From contig CAZHVT010000005.1 of NCBI GenBank assembly GCA_964536205.1, positions 24,076 to 88,075 of the forward strand: a DNA stretch of 64,000 nucleotides, in the 5' to 3' direction. A program made the position numbers and the translations under genes. Shown here one piece after another: positions 17,814 to 27,207 of the stretch. The DNA comes from an uncultured Gammaproteobacteria bacterium. Its GTDB lineage: Bacteria > Patescibacteriota > Patescibacteriia > Magasanikbacterales > GCA-002688135. Position 1 is the stretch's first letter. Each line of letters begins with the position of its first letter. The notes below the pieces were generated by a model. That model was not told the origin of the DNA and searched no databases. It was given only the letters and a program-made list of their open reading frames with translations.

Positions 17814-18401
17814 TTACTCTGTGCAGGTCACACCAAGGTGTGGACGCGCGAGTGCCCATGCCGCGAGTGTCATCCCATCATCCATTTTCCCCTCTGCGAT
17901 CATGCGATCGAATTCTTCTGGTGAGAATGACAGTTCTGAAATCTGCTCTGTCTCTTCTAGGTTTTGTGCTGTCTTTTCAATCCCCTTGGCCACAAACACT
18001 TTGCAAATTTCATCCGTCACACCGTTCATCGGACAAAACTCCCCCACCTCTTTGATCTCTTGCGCTGTGTATCCCAACTCTTCCTCTAGCTCCTGTCGCG
18101 CTGCTTCCTCATACGTTTTGCCTTCATCCACGCCGCCACCTGCAAATTCGTATGACATGCGATCAGTGAGGTATCGATATTGATGACCAATGAGGATGCT
18201 TCCATCTGGCAATACTGGAATTACAAACGCTGATCCTTTTGTGTGCACGTACCAATAATCCCCCTCTTTGCCACTGGGCATGGTGAATTTTTTGTGCATG
18301 AATGTCGTCCATGGTGTTTTGAAAAACACCTCTTTTGATAAGGTTTTGTATGCTGGTTTTTCCATAGATTTGAATGGATTAATTGTTCGATAGAATAGCA
18401 T
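17814..18401 (-). CDS. NUDIX hydrolase (nucleotide-sugar or ADP-ribose pyrophosphatase type).
   Basis: Nudix box GGGVDEGKTYEEAARQELEEELGY. Confidence 0.7.
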   Translation of the reverse strand: MLFYRTINPFKSMEKPAYKTLSKEVFFKTPWTTFMHKKFTMPSGKEGDYWYVHTKGSAFVIPVLPDGSILIGHQYRYLTDRMSYEFAGGGVDEGKTYEEAARQELEEELGYTAQEIKEVGEFCPMNGVTDEICKVFVAKGIEKTAQNLEETEQISELSFSPEEFDRMIAEGKMDDGMTLAAWALARPHLGVTCTE

Positions 18402-18413
18402 GAGATGCGTCTT

Positions 18414-18442
18414 TTGACAACATGTACAAATATACCTAAAAT
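18414..18442 (+). promoter_or_regulatory. Near-consensus sigma70-type promoter, TTGACA-N17-TAAAAT. The -10 element ends 8 nt before the ATG at 18451, so the mRNA is probably leaderless.
   Basis: Direct reading: cttTTGACAacatgtacaaatataccTAAAATagccgactATG. Confidence 0.4.
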
Positions 18443-18450
18443 AGCCGACT

Positions 18451-19482
18451 ATGTCATTTATTTCCCGGTGGAAAGCTGCGCTGAAAACAGCTGAAGGAAA
18501 ATTTTTTGTTTTTTTGATTTCTGGATTTGTTGTTTTCTCGATCCTGATTCTTGCCGGAGCTTTTCTTGTTGATCCACATGAGGATTTCGGAACTGGGTTG
18601 ATTGATCCGCTTGTTTTGACGAATCGATCTGAAAAACTCGAGATGATTGAAGCGCTTGATGAGAATCCGGAGATTCTTATATTTGGATCTTCTCGGACAT
18701 TTACTATTGATCCTGATCATATTTTTGAGTTGACTGGCAGGCGTGCATTTAATGCGTCTGTTTCATATGGACGCAGTGAGGATCATAATGCAATCATTCA
18801 TTTTTTGACGCAGGAGCGTGCAGTGCATCCTGAAACACTCGTGATTGGATTTTCTGCTGGAGCGTTTAATGATGATCCGATTGAAACGCAATTACTGAAT
18901 AATAAGTATTTGAAATCATATCTAGCAGAACCACCTACTCCATTGTGGAAACGTGCGCCGCGTATTTTGAAGAGTAAATTGAATGGGCAGTATGTTGGGG
19001 ATATATTTCGGTCGTTGTTTTTCCATGCGTCAGGATTTCCGGCGGATCGTGTAAGCTTTTTGCCTAATGGTATGCAGGATACTCACGATAGTCCGTATGA
19101 TGCAATTAAAATTGATGAGAATTATTACCGAGCGCTCGCATTGTTTGAAAATATGTCTGAACCAAATTGGGATCGGCTTGAAGCGTTCCGTTCGCTAGTA
19201 AGATATTCTATCGATAACAATTTTGAAGTGAACGTGGTATTATTGCCTATGCCGTCTGTGACGCGCGCGCGATTGATTGAGGATACTGATTTGATTGCAA
19301 TTGAAGAACGCTTAAAAGTTTTGTTTACTGATGAGATGCCAGATAATGTGACGTTTTATGATTTTTCTGAAGTAGATAGTTTTGGTGGATCTGAAGAAGG
19401 ATTCAATGATCCAACACATCCGAATATTGCGAATACCAGATTAATAACCGAAGCGATATTTGGTGATCGTCCCAGCCCTTAG
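18451..19482 (+). CDS. Membrane-anchored AlgJ/AlgX/DltD-like (SGNH-like) partner protein of the MBOAT O-acyltransferase.
   Basis: N-terminal TM helix, then a periplasmic domain with a GSSR block (ILIFGSSRTF). It lies immediately upstream of the MBOAT gene, as in the algI-algJ and dltB-dltD pairs. The call is by context and weak motif only. Confidence 0.4.
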   Translation: MSFISRWKAALKTAEGKFFVFLISGFVVFSILILAGAFLVDPHEDFGTGLIDPLVLTNRSEKLEMIEALDENPEILIFGSSRTFTIDPDHIFELTGRRAFNASVSYGRSEDHNAIIHFLTQERAVHPETLVIGFSAGAFNDDPIETQLLNNKYLKSYLAEPPTPLWKRAPRILKSKLNGQYVGDIFRSLFFHASGFPADRVSFLPNGMQDTHDSPYDAIKIDENYYRALALFENMSEPNWDRLEAFRSLVRYSIDNNFEVNVVLLPMPSVTRARLIEDTDLIAIEERLKVLFTDEMPDNVTFYDFSEVDSFGGSEEGFNDPTHPNIANTRLITEAIFGDRPSP

Positions 19483-19485
19483 ACT

Positions 19486-19552
19486 GTCATCCCGGCGCAG
19501 GCCGGGATCCATGCTGATGAGCAAGATGGATCCCGGCCTGCGCCGGGATGAT
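19486..19552. repeat. GC-rich perfect palindrome: 27-bp arms GTCATCCCGGCGCAGGCCGGGATCCAT / ATGGATCCCGGCCTGCGCCGGGATGAT around a 13-nt loop. Each arm is itself a hairpin.
   Basis: Direct reading. A half copy with 4 mismatches lies at 23857..23888. Confidence 0.85.
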
Positions 19553-19628
19553 ACTTCGATCAGCTGCGCAGCAGTCCAAAAAGCGAAGCGCATACCAGAT
19601 ACCAGATACTAGATACCAAATACCATTT

Positions 19629-21026
19629 ATGATTTTCAATTCCTACATCTTCCTCTTCATCTTCTTCCCCATTGCATGGCTTGGTTTTTGGATGCTGCGT
19701 GGAAAACAACCTCGCTACATTTGGCTGACTCTTGCGAGTTACATTTTCTATGGATACTGGGATTGGCGGTTTACTGGCTTGCTTCTTGTTTCGACAATTA
19801 TAGATTTCTATGTCGCACGGCAGATTCCGAAACACGAAGGGAAGAAAAAGAAGCTTGTTTTGTTGATTTCGTTGGCTGCGAATCTGGGGATGCTCGGATT
19901 CTTTAAATACTTTAATTTTTCTGTTGATTCGTTGCAATCGTTGTTTACGTTATTTCAACTCTCCCCTACGCTTCCGAATCTCGATATTGTGCTGCCGGTT
20001 GGAATTTCGTTTTTCACCTTCCAGACGATGAGTTACACGATTGATGTGTATCGCGGACGCTTGCAACCGACGAAGAATTTTATGGAGTTTGCGTGTTATG
20101 TTTCATTGTTCCCGCAACTTGTTGCTGGGCCGATTGTGCGATTTTCTGATATTGATAGTGATTTGGATAACATTGATCAGCATGGTCGTACGAAATCGTT
20201 TCATCGCGGTGGTTCGATGTTTCTTGTTGGTTTGGCTAAGAAGGTTGTTATTGCCGATACGATTGCACATTTTATTGACCCATTATTTGCCAACACAATT
20301 GAGCTCACAAGTTTGACTGCGTGGGTTGCGATTATTGGATACACACTGCAATTGTATTTTGATTTTTCTGGATATTCGGATATGGCGCTCGGATTGGGAT
20401 TATTGTTTGGTTTGAAATTCCCACAGAATTTTCATTCACCATATAAGGCTGTTGATATCCAGGACTTTTGGCGGCGATGGCATATGTCACTTTCTGCTTG
20501 GTTGAAGGATTATTTATACATTCCTTTGGGAGGTTCACGGAAAGGGACTGTTCGTACGTTTGTGAATATGATGTTGACGATGTTGTTGGGTGGTTTATGG
20601 CATGGTGCTTCATGGAATTTTGTTGTGTGGGGTGGAATTCATGGGACGCTTTTAGGTGTGACGAAACTCATCAAACCATGGTATGACAAACTAAATTATT
20701 GGTTCCGTCGATTTCTCACATTATTCCTTGTGATGATTTCATGGGTGTTTTTCCGCAATATCACATTTGCAGATTCCACGAACATGCTCCGCGCGATGTT
20801 CTCATTTGATAATTGGACAATGCCAACTGCATGGAATCTTGAATCTCAAATTCTATTATTCGGCATGCTTTTTGTTGGAGCACTCATTGCACTCTTCGCT
20901 CCAAACTCATACGAAATAAAATACTCAACTAAAAAAAGCGTCGCAATCCTGCTCGCTTTCTTGTTTGTCGTGAGTTTAATTCTCATGAACTACACACAAC
21001 AAGTCTTCCTCTACTACCAATTTTAA
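19629..21026 (+). CDS. MBOAT-family membrane-bound O-acyltransferase (AlgI/DltB/PatA-like). The start is set at the first ATG downstream of the palindrome.
   Basis: MBOAT hallmarks FTFQTMSYTIDVYRG, WRRWHMSLSAWLKDYLYIPLGG and the conserved His in LWHGASWNF. Confidence 0.75.
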   Translation: MIFNSYIFLFIFFPIAWLGFWMLRGKQPRYIWLTLASYIFYGYWDWRFTGLLLVSTIIDFYVARQIPKHEGKKKKLVLLISLAANLGMLGFFKYFNFSVDSLQSLFTLFQLSPTLPNLDIVLPVGISFFTFQTMSYTIDVYRGRLQPTKNFMEFACYVSLFPQLVAGPIVRFSDIDSDLDNIDQHGRTKSFHRGGSMFLVGLAKKVVIADTIAHFIDPLFANTIELTSLTAWVAIIGYTLQLYFDFSGYSDMALGLGLLFGLKFPQNFHSPYKAVDIQDFWRRWHMSLSAWLKDYLYIPLGGSRKGTVRTFVNMMLTMLLGGLWHGASWNFVVWGGIHGTLLGVTKLIKPWYDKLNYWFRRFLTLFLVMISWVFFRNITFADSTNMLRAMFSFDNWTMPTAWNLESQILLFGMLFVGALIALFAPNSYEIKYSTKKSVAILLAFLFVVSLILMNYTQQVFLYYQF

Positions 21027-21718
21027 AATCGTCCTTTGAGTTTTGCTAGGTCTCTAAGGATTCCATACGCATGAGACGATTGCACGCGGGAATCGGGATC
21101 GTCTTGCCATGTGATGGGTACTTCTTTTATTGAGTAGTTATTTTTTTGTGCGAATTTTAAGAGCTCGACATCGAAGATCCAGCCATCTGTTTGGAGGGCT
21201 TGGAAAATGTGTTTTGTTTTTTTGTGGAATGCTTTGAATCCGCATTGTGTATCTTGGAATGGTAGATTGAGGAATTTCTGGATTACTTTGTTAAATAAAC
21301 GTCCTTGTAGTTCTCGGCGTTTTGGTTGGCGTTTGGTGAGGTTTGATTCTGGAAGTGCGCGTGAGCCGATTAAAACATCATGAGATTCTGCGTGTGGCTT
21401 GAGTGTTTCGATGTCGCGTGGATGCGTTGATAAATCTGCATCGATAAAAACAACCCACTCACCGTTTGCAGCTTCTACACCTGTTTTTACGGCCGCTCCT
21501 TTTCCTTTGTTTGTTGTGTGTTGAATGAGTTGTACGCGATTGTCTGGATATGCTCGCGCGTATGTTGCTGTTCCATCTGCACTTCCATCGTCCACTACAA
21601 TTACTTCGCACGTGTCGAGATTTTCATTTGCGTATTTTAAAATTTCTTCAATCGCATGTCGGATTGATTTTTCTTCGTTGTATGCGGGGATGATGAATGA
21701 AATGTTTTTGATAAGCGT
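21023..21718 (-). CDS. GT2 glycosyltransferase (ArnC/DPM1-like) with no canonical start codon. It is in frame with, and immediately follows, the TAA stop of the 21719..23851 gene. The ORF track starts it at an internal GTG (21595).
   Basis: Upstream of the GTG the frame continues as TLIKNISFIIPAYNEEKSIRHAIEEILKYANENLDTCEVIVVDDGSADGT. This is the typical GT2 N-terminus, and it contains no ATG, GTG or TTG. Confidence 0.55.
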   Translation of the reverse strand, partial: TLIKNISFIIPAYNEEKSIRHAIEEILKYANENLDTCEVIVVDDGSADGTATYARAYPDNRVQLIQHTTNKGKGAAVKTGVEAANGEWVVFIDADLSTHPRDIETLKPHAESHDVLIGSRALPESNLTKRQPKRRELQGRLFNKVIQKFLNLPFQDTQCGFKAFHKKTKHIFQALQTDGWIFDVELLKFAQKNNYSIKEVPITWQDDPDSRVQSSHAYGILRDLAKLKGRF

Positions 21719-21740
21719 TTAGCGTTTAGCGTTTAGCGTA
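21714..21740. repeat. (AGCGTTT)3 plus a partial copy, overlapping the stop codon and last codons (…LNAKR*) of the 710-aa gene.
   Basis: Direct reading. This is the same heptamer as at 4404 and 5446. Confidence 0.85.
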
Positions 21741-23851
21741 GAGTAGCGAGCTAAAAAGATTGCAGCGAAAATGAATAATATTGGCTGGATGGGGTAGCGG
21801 AATCGTGCATAACTTCCCAATCCTGATGCAGCGGCAAAATATATCACAATCACAGCCAAAAGCAGTATTAATTTTCGTGTGTGTTTTTCTCGAAGCGCCA
21901 TGAGTAATCCGAATATCATTGCGAGAGTCAATAATGCATAGAGTGCTTTGGCGATGAGAAATACTACTCCTCCAGATTGTATGTAGTTTGAAATAAATGC
22001 TTTAAATGCCCCTGGCTCTCCCAACCATGTTTTGTCGAATGCTCCGATTTCAAAATGTGGTTCAATTGATTTGGCGATCGTGAACCATCCATCTGAAGCG
22101 AAGAATGGAATAAGTGTTGTTGCGCCGATTCCGATATATGCGAGTGGATCTTTTGCGAGTGATTTGATGGCAACACCCATCATTGCATTTGCCGCTTCTC
22201 CTCCTGAAACATTTTGTAACTCTTCATATACTTCTACCGGAGGTTTTTGGAATTTCTTTTGTGTGTATGCTTCGACGTATTTTCCGACACTTCCGCGAAC
22301 AGCAAATGATGAGCCGTATGTGAAGTCTCCGAGTGTCACGTGATTTCTATAAAACCATGGTGAAAGTAGGATGAGTGGCATCATGACAGCGATTGCCATT
22401 TTGGTGAATCGTTGTTTTTTTATGCTCAATAACCCGATGAGTGGAAGTAGGAAAATTAATGGGTATGAGATTTGTCTTAGGTACGTTGCGATGGCAAGTA
22501 AGATTGCATATCCAATGAGTACGCTCAATCTTTTGGATTCCAGATAATCGACAAAACAATATATTGCGCCAAACAAGAAAACTGTAAACAGAGATTCACC
22601 AATAAGTTGTGTTGGCCAATACCACATGTTTGGCTCAAGTGCTGCGAGGCCTGCAGCGATGAATGCGATGTTTTCATTGAAGTATCTTTTTGTGAAAAAG
22701 TAGATCATTAAGATGAGTGCAAGTGATGCAATGATTTGGATGATGACTCCTGGCCAATATACGCCGTGCGCTCCGCCGGTGAGCATGAGAAATACTGGCA
22801 TGCCGGGGGTTCTGAAATCATTCGCAAGAAATGGTGCTTCTTTTGATAGTGAAAATTCTCCGTGGTTTTTAAGGTTTTCCGCGATTGTTACAAATTCCAC
22901 TGCATCGCCATTTGGACCGTACACGAAACTTGATTGTCCTTGTGTGAAAAGAAGAGCTGCGAATAAAACGATGCGGATGATGATGGCGGCCATCATGATT
23001 GTGCGCAACATTTTTGGAAGTCGTTTCCATGAAGCGATTATGAGAGCTTTAAATTTTGCTGGATGCCATGCATGCACAAGATTGTACCAGAAGAATCTCA
23101 TATGATAACGAAATGGGAGTACATTTTCACTGCGATATTTTACCGGAAGCCACAATGCAAGAGCGAACACTTTTAGTGCTCGAAGTGTATTCTTCCATAA
23201 TCCTCTTAAAAAGTCGCTCCATTTTGTTTTGTGAGCGTTGTCGATGAACTTTTCTCTTGCTAGCTTCAAGTAATGCGTATCTTTCTTTTTGCATGATGCC
23301 AAATCTGGCCAATATGAAAATAACTTTCCTTTCAATTCTTGTTTTTCAATTCCTTCTGGATAGACGAGTGATTCATGTACGCGTGATCCTGGTTTCCAGT
23401 GGATGCCAGCTTTTCGATTTATGAGACGATCCGTGAATTCTGGATAGAAATATGCGCGATCTATTTTCTTCCCTTCTACGATTGCGATACGTTTGAATTT
23501 TCCGACAATATTTTTGTCGTTCTTCTCTACTACTTGAGATATTTCTTCCTGCAATGTTTCGTCGAGATATTCATCTGAATCTATATAAAATACCCAATCA
23601 TGCTTTGCGAGGTTAAATGACTTCACGCGCATCTGTGTAAAATTTTGAATTGCAGCGTTTGCGTGTGGTCCTTCCACTTGAGGATAGACGCGTGCTCCAA
23701 ACTCCTTTGCGATTTCGACTGTTTTGTCCGTTGAGTTTCCATCAAGCACTACAATGTCGTCACAAAAAGAGACAGAGGCAAGGCACTGTCTGATCGTATC
23801 TTCATTATTGAGTGTGAGAATCGTGACGGAGCACGGAATTTTATTATTCAT
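21719..23851 (-). CDS. Fusion of an N-terminal GT2 (polyprenyl-P-sugar synthase-like) with a GT-C/PMT/ArnT-like polytopic membrane domain.
   Basis: SVTILTLNNEDTI...VVLDGNSTDKT...IDSDEYLDE, then about 12 TM helices with FTKRYFNENIAFIAAGLAALEPNMWYW-type GT-C loops. Confidence 0.65.
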   Translation of the reverse strand: MNNKIPCSVTILTLNNEDTIRQCLASVSFCDDIVVLDGNSTDKTVEIAKEFGARVYPQVEGPHANAAIQNFTQMRVKSFNLAKHDWVFYIDSDEYLDETLQEEISQVVEKNDKNIVGKFKRIAIVEGKKIDRAYFYPEFTDRLINRKAGIHWKPGSRVHESLVYPEGIEKQELKGKLFSYWPDLASCKKKDTHYLKLAREKFIDNAHKTKWSDFLRGLWKNTLRALKVFALALWLPVKYRSENVLPFRYHMRFFWYNLVHAWHPAKFKALIIASWKRLPKMLRTIMMAAIIIRIVLFAALLFTQGQSSFVYGPNGDAVEFVTIAENLKNHGEFSLSKEAPFLANDFRTPGMPVFLMLTGGAHGVYWPGVIIQIIASLALILMIYFFTKRYFNENIAFIAAGLAALEPNMWYWPTQLIGESLFTVFLFGAIYCFVDYLESKRLSVLIGYAILLAIATYLRQISYPLIFLLPLIGLLSIKKQRFTKMAIAVMMPLILLSPWFYRNHVTLGDFTYGSSFAVRGSVGKYVEAYTQKKFQKPPVEVYEELQNVSGGEAANAMMGVAIKSLAKDPLAYIGIGATTLIPFFASDGWFTIAKSIEPHFEIGAFDKTWLGEPGAFKAFISNYIQSGGVVFLIAKALYALLTLAMIFGLLMALREKHTRKLILLLAVIVIYFAAASGLGSYARFRYPIQPILFIFAAIFLARYSTLNAKR

Positions 23852-23856
23852 AATTC

Positions 23857-23888
23857 TGGATCCCGTCTTGCGCCGGGATGACGCTTCG
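23857..23888. repeat. Half copy of the GC-rich palindrome, with its own internal hairpin ATCCCG-N8-CGGGAT.
   Basis: 28 of 32 nt match 19526..19557. Confidence 0.75.
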
Positions 23889-23890
23889 CA

Positions 23891-25357
23891 TCATTTACGA
23901 TCTACCACGTTGAAGTAGAAAATTGAGAAAATCGCTTTAACGCCGTCCCACCAACCGATTTTTTTACCTTCTTCATATGTTCGGCCTTGATATGAAATTC
24001 CGACTTCGTACATGCGAACGCGTCGGCGTGCGAGTCGTGCGGTAACTTCTGGCTCAAATCCGAATCTGTCAGATTTTAGATGTGGGAGAATTTCTTTGAT
24101 GATTGGAGTTTTGAAAACTTTGTAACATGTTTCCATGTCCGTGAGGTTGATGTTGGTAAACATGTTGGACATCCATGTGAGGAATTTGTTTCCGATTGAG
24201 TGCCAGTAATACAATACACGGTGCGCATCAGATCCTACAAAGCGCGAACCATATACGACGTCTGCGTTTCCATCTCGGATGGGATCAAGTAATCGATTGT
24301 ATTCGTCGGGATTGTATTCTAAGTCTGCATCTTGAATGATGCATACATCGCCGGTTGCTTTTGCAAATCCAGCTCGGAGTGCTGCACCTTTCCCTGCATT
24401 CTCTTTCTGATATACCACCGTGATTCCTTCGTTTTCTAATTCTGGCAAGATTTCACGTGTGCCATCTGATGAACAATCATCAACAATAATAATCTCCTTT
24501 TCCTCATGAATCGGAGAAGCTTTAACACGAGATACAATCTCACGAATCGTCTTTTTTTCGTTATAACACGGGATGATGATTGAAACTTTCATAAGTTGCC
24601 ATGGTAGCTGATTTTCTTGATTTGGGCAATATTGACTCAATGAGAGCAATGAAACTCCTATGGGTAGCGACGTGCGTGTGAGGAGATGTTGTTCCGATGA
24701 GAATAGTTTGTAGAGTGCGTTGTTTATGAATCCCTCGCCCGTCATATTCACCTCATCTTTTGTATCGAGCGATGGCATGATGCGTTTTGCGAGTTTTACT
24801 GTTGCGATTGGTGGGAATAGAAATGAATTGTAGTATGATATTTTTTTGATGTCGCCTAGTGGCTGCACAACATCACGCAACTCATCTTTCGCGTAACGAC
24901 GATGATGGTGTAACCGTTCATCTTGTTTTGTCCATAGCGATTGTAATGCTGGAACTGTTATCATTGCGAATCCGTTCGGTTTGAGCACACGTTTGATTTC
25001 TTGCACTGCTTTTTGATCGCTTGTGCAATGTTCCAAAACATCCAATGCACACACCACATCAAATGAGTTTGATGCAAACGGAATTGACTCCCCTTCTCCT
25101 AAAACTACTGTTGATCCTGATTTCTTTTTTGCGTATCCAACCGCACTAAAATTTGGATCTATCCCATACACTTTTGCCCCCTTTTCTTCTAGTCTTCGCA
25201 ACATATACCCTGTCCCACACCCAACGTCTAAAATCTTTTTATCGATGAGTGGACCGATATGTTTTTCCAATAATCGAATCACAATATCCGCCTTGGCGCG
25301 AAACCACCAGTGCTTCTCCTCCTGCTCATTCATGATGTCGTAACATTGTGTATCCAT
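23891..25357 (-). CDS. Bifunctional protein: an N-terminal class I SAM methyltransferase fused to a C-terminal GT2 (ArnC/DPM1-like).
   Basis: [11 protein letters not shown]...[10 protein letters not shown], then [16 protein letters not shown]...[11 protein letters not shown]...QDADLEY. Confidence 0.65.
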   Translation of the reverse strand: MDTQCYDIMNEQEEKHWWFRAKADIVIRLLEKHIGPLIDKKILDVGCGTGYMLRRLEEKGAKVYGIDPNFSAVGYAKKKSGSTVVLGEGESIPFASNSFDVVCALDVLEHCTSDQKAVQEIKRVLKPNGFAMITVPALQSLWTKQDERLHHHRRYAKDELRDVVQPLGDIKKISYYNSFLFPPIATVKLAKRIMPSLDTKDEVNMTGEGFINNALYKLFSSEQHLLTRTSLPIGVSLLSLSQYCPNQENQLPWQLMKVSIIIPCYNEKKTIREIVSRVKASPIHEEKEIIIVDDCSSDGTREILPELENEGITVVYQKENAGKGAALRAGFAKATGDVCIIQDADLEYNPDEYNRLLDPIRDGNADVVYGSRFVGSDAHRVLYYWHSIGNKFLTWMSNMFTNINLTDMETCYKVFKTPIIKEILPHLKSDRFGFEPEVTARLARRRVRMYEVGISYQGRTYEEGKKIGWWDGVKAIFSIFYFNVVDRK

Positions 25358-25358
25358 A

Positions 25359-27206
25359 TTAGTTCAGAAATTTCTTTGCCCAGATTTGGAGCGTGACGAT
25401 TGACCAGATGGTGTTAAGTGCATAACCTTTGAAGTTGATGTGGTCGTCGGTGATTTTTTTGATTGCGTCCCAGTCGAACCAATCGGCTGTTTGTGGGCAG
25501 TATGATGGTGAGAGAATTTCATAAATGTAGGATTTAAGTGGATCTTCGCGGAGCCACTTTGCTGTTGGCGAGAAGAAGCCCCGCTTTTTTTGTTCGAGTA
25601 CAAATTCTGGAAGCATGGGCGCAAAGGCATCTTTGTAGATTTTCTTGCCTTCTGTTTTTGAGTGGAGTTTGTGATGTGATGGAATTGAGTATGCCAATTC
25701 TACTACCCGCGGATCGAGAAGTGGTACGCGCTGTTCGAGTCCGTGTGCCATCGTGAGCTTATCGGATCTTATAAGAGATTCATCTGCGAGCCATGTCTGT
25801 GTGTCTGCCCACATCATTTTGTTAATTGGATCTTCAAGTGAGTTATCAAAAAATTGTTTGTATGATCCTATTGAGAGTATTCCGTTGTTGAATCCCGGTT
25901 TTACAAATTTTCTCAGGATTTCTTCTTTTTGTGCCATCATAGTGAAGAACCGATCGAGTCCTGGTTCGGATTGGAGTTTTCTTGCAAGGTCTGGTTTTCG
26001 CAACATCTTTGCTATAAATTTTGAGTTTGTTTTGTTCTTTACGAATGGAGCGATTTTCTGGATTCGATCGAGCATTCTGTAATAGTAATATCTATCGTAT
26101 CCTCCGAACAATTCATCTCCGCCGTCTCCACCCAAAACCACAGCGACATCTTGCTTTGCTTTTTTTGCGAGTAAGTATGTTGCGACTTGAATGGGATTTG
26201 AGACCGGTTCGTCCATCGAGTAGATACAATCTTCTAGATTATCGCGCATGTCCTGATTTGATATTACGACTTCGTGATGATCAAATCCAAAATGCTTTGC
26301 TGTTTGAGCTGCGATTTTGAAATCTGCATTGAATTTTTCTGGATTTACTTTTGTGTCGAATCCGACAGAAAACGAATTTATTCTTCCAGATGCTTCCTGC
26401 GCCATGATAGCTGCGACAATAGAGGAATCTAATCCTCCGGAAAGGAAGATACCGACTGGTCGATCTGAAATGAGTTGTGATTTGACCGCTTCTCTCACAT
26501 GCCCTCGAATAAGTTCTTCTATTTCATGTTTCTTTTCCGGAATGTCTTTTGTTTTTAATGTGAAATATTTTTTGATTTGAAAACTTCCGTCTTTGTAGAT
26601 TCCGTATGATCCTGCTGGCATTTTTTTCACATGTTGCCACATAGTGCGAGGGCCGACGCAATAGAGGAATCTCAAATAGTTGTTGAGTGAAATTGGATCT
26701 ACATCTTTAGAAATATTGTGTTCAAATAATGCTTTTGCTTCTGATGAGAAGATGAGCCGTGCGCCGTCGTAGTGATAATAGAGTGGTTTGATTCCGAAAT
26801 GGTCGCGAACAAGGAATAACTCTTTTTTGTGATTATCCCAGATTGCGATCGCGAAGATTCCAATCAATTTTTCGAGCATTCCAACACCTTCATCTTGATA
26901 TAATTTGAGGATTACCTCGGTATCAGATTCTGAATTGAACTGAACACCTTTTGTGATCAATTCTTTTTTTAATTCTTTGAAGTTGTATAGTTCTCCGTTG
27001 TATGAAATTACAAATCGTCCATCTTCTGTTTTCATGGGCTGATGAGCTTTTTGTGAGAGATCAATAATTGAAAGTCTGTTGTGTCCCAGTGAAATTCCGT
27101 CATCACAAAAGACACCGGAATCATCCGGCCCCCTATGCTTAGTTATGTTGTTCATGGCTGTGATTGTGTCCTGATCTTGCCATGTGAATCCGTTGATGGC
27201 ACACAT
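25359..27206 (-). CDS. asnB: Glutamine-dependent asparagine synthetase family amidotransferase (AsnB-like). It is probably a glycan amidotransferase in this context.
   Basis: N-terminal MCAINGF (Ntn Cys2) and the PP-loop SGGLDSS. Confidence 0.7.
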   Translation of the reverse strand: MCAINGFTWQDQDTITAMNNITKHRGPDDSGVFCDDGISLGHNRLSIIDLSQKAHQPMKTEDGRFVISYNGELYNFKELKKELITKGVQFNSESDTEVILKLYQDEGVGMLEKLIGIFAIAIWDNHKKELFLVRDHFGIKPLYYHYDGARLIFSSEAKALFEHNISKDVDPISLNNYLRFLYCVGPRTMWQHVKKMPAGSYGIYKDGSFQIKKYFTLKTKDIPEKKHEIEELIRGHVREAVKSQLISDRPVGIFLSGGLDSSIVAAIMAQEASGRINSFSVGFDTKVNPEKFNADFKIAAQTAKHFGFDHHEVVISNQDMRDNLEDCIYSMDEPVSNPIQVATYLLAKKAKQDVAVVLGGDGGDELFGGYDRYYYYRMLDRIQKIAPFVKNKTNSKFIAKMLRKPDLARKLQSEPGLDRFFTMMAQKEEILRKFVKPGFNNGILSIGSYKQFFDNSLEDPINKMMWADTQTWLADESLIRSDKLTMAHGLEQRVPLLDPRVVELAYSIPSHHKLHSKTEGKKIYKDAFAPMLPEFVLEQKKRGFFSPTAKWLREDPLKSYIYEILSPSYCPQTADWFDWDAIKKITDDHINFKGYALNTIWSIVTLQIWAKKFLN

Positions 27207-27207
27207 A

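Noticed and set aside
19548-19628. Upstream part of the MBOAT ORF (MILRSAAQQSKKRSAYQ…).
   Set aside because: It overlaps the GC-rich palindromic repeat and is hydrophilic junk. The hydrophobic MBOAT N-terminus starts at the ATG at 19629.
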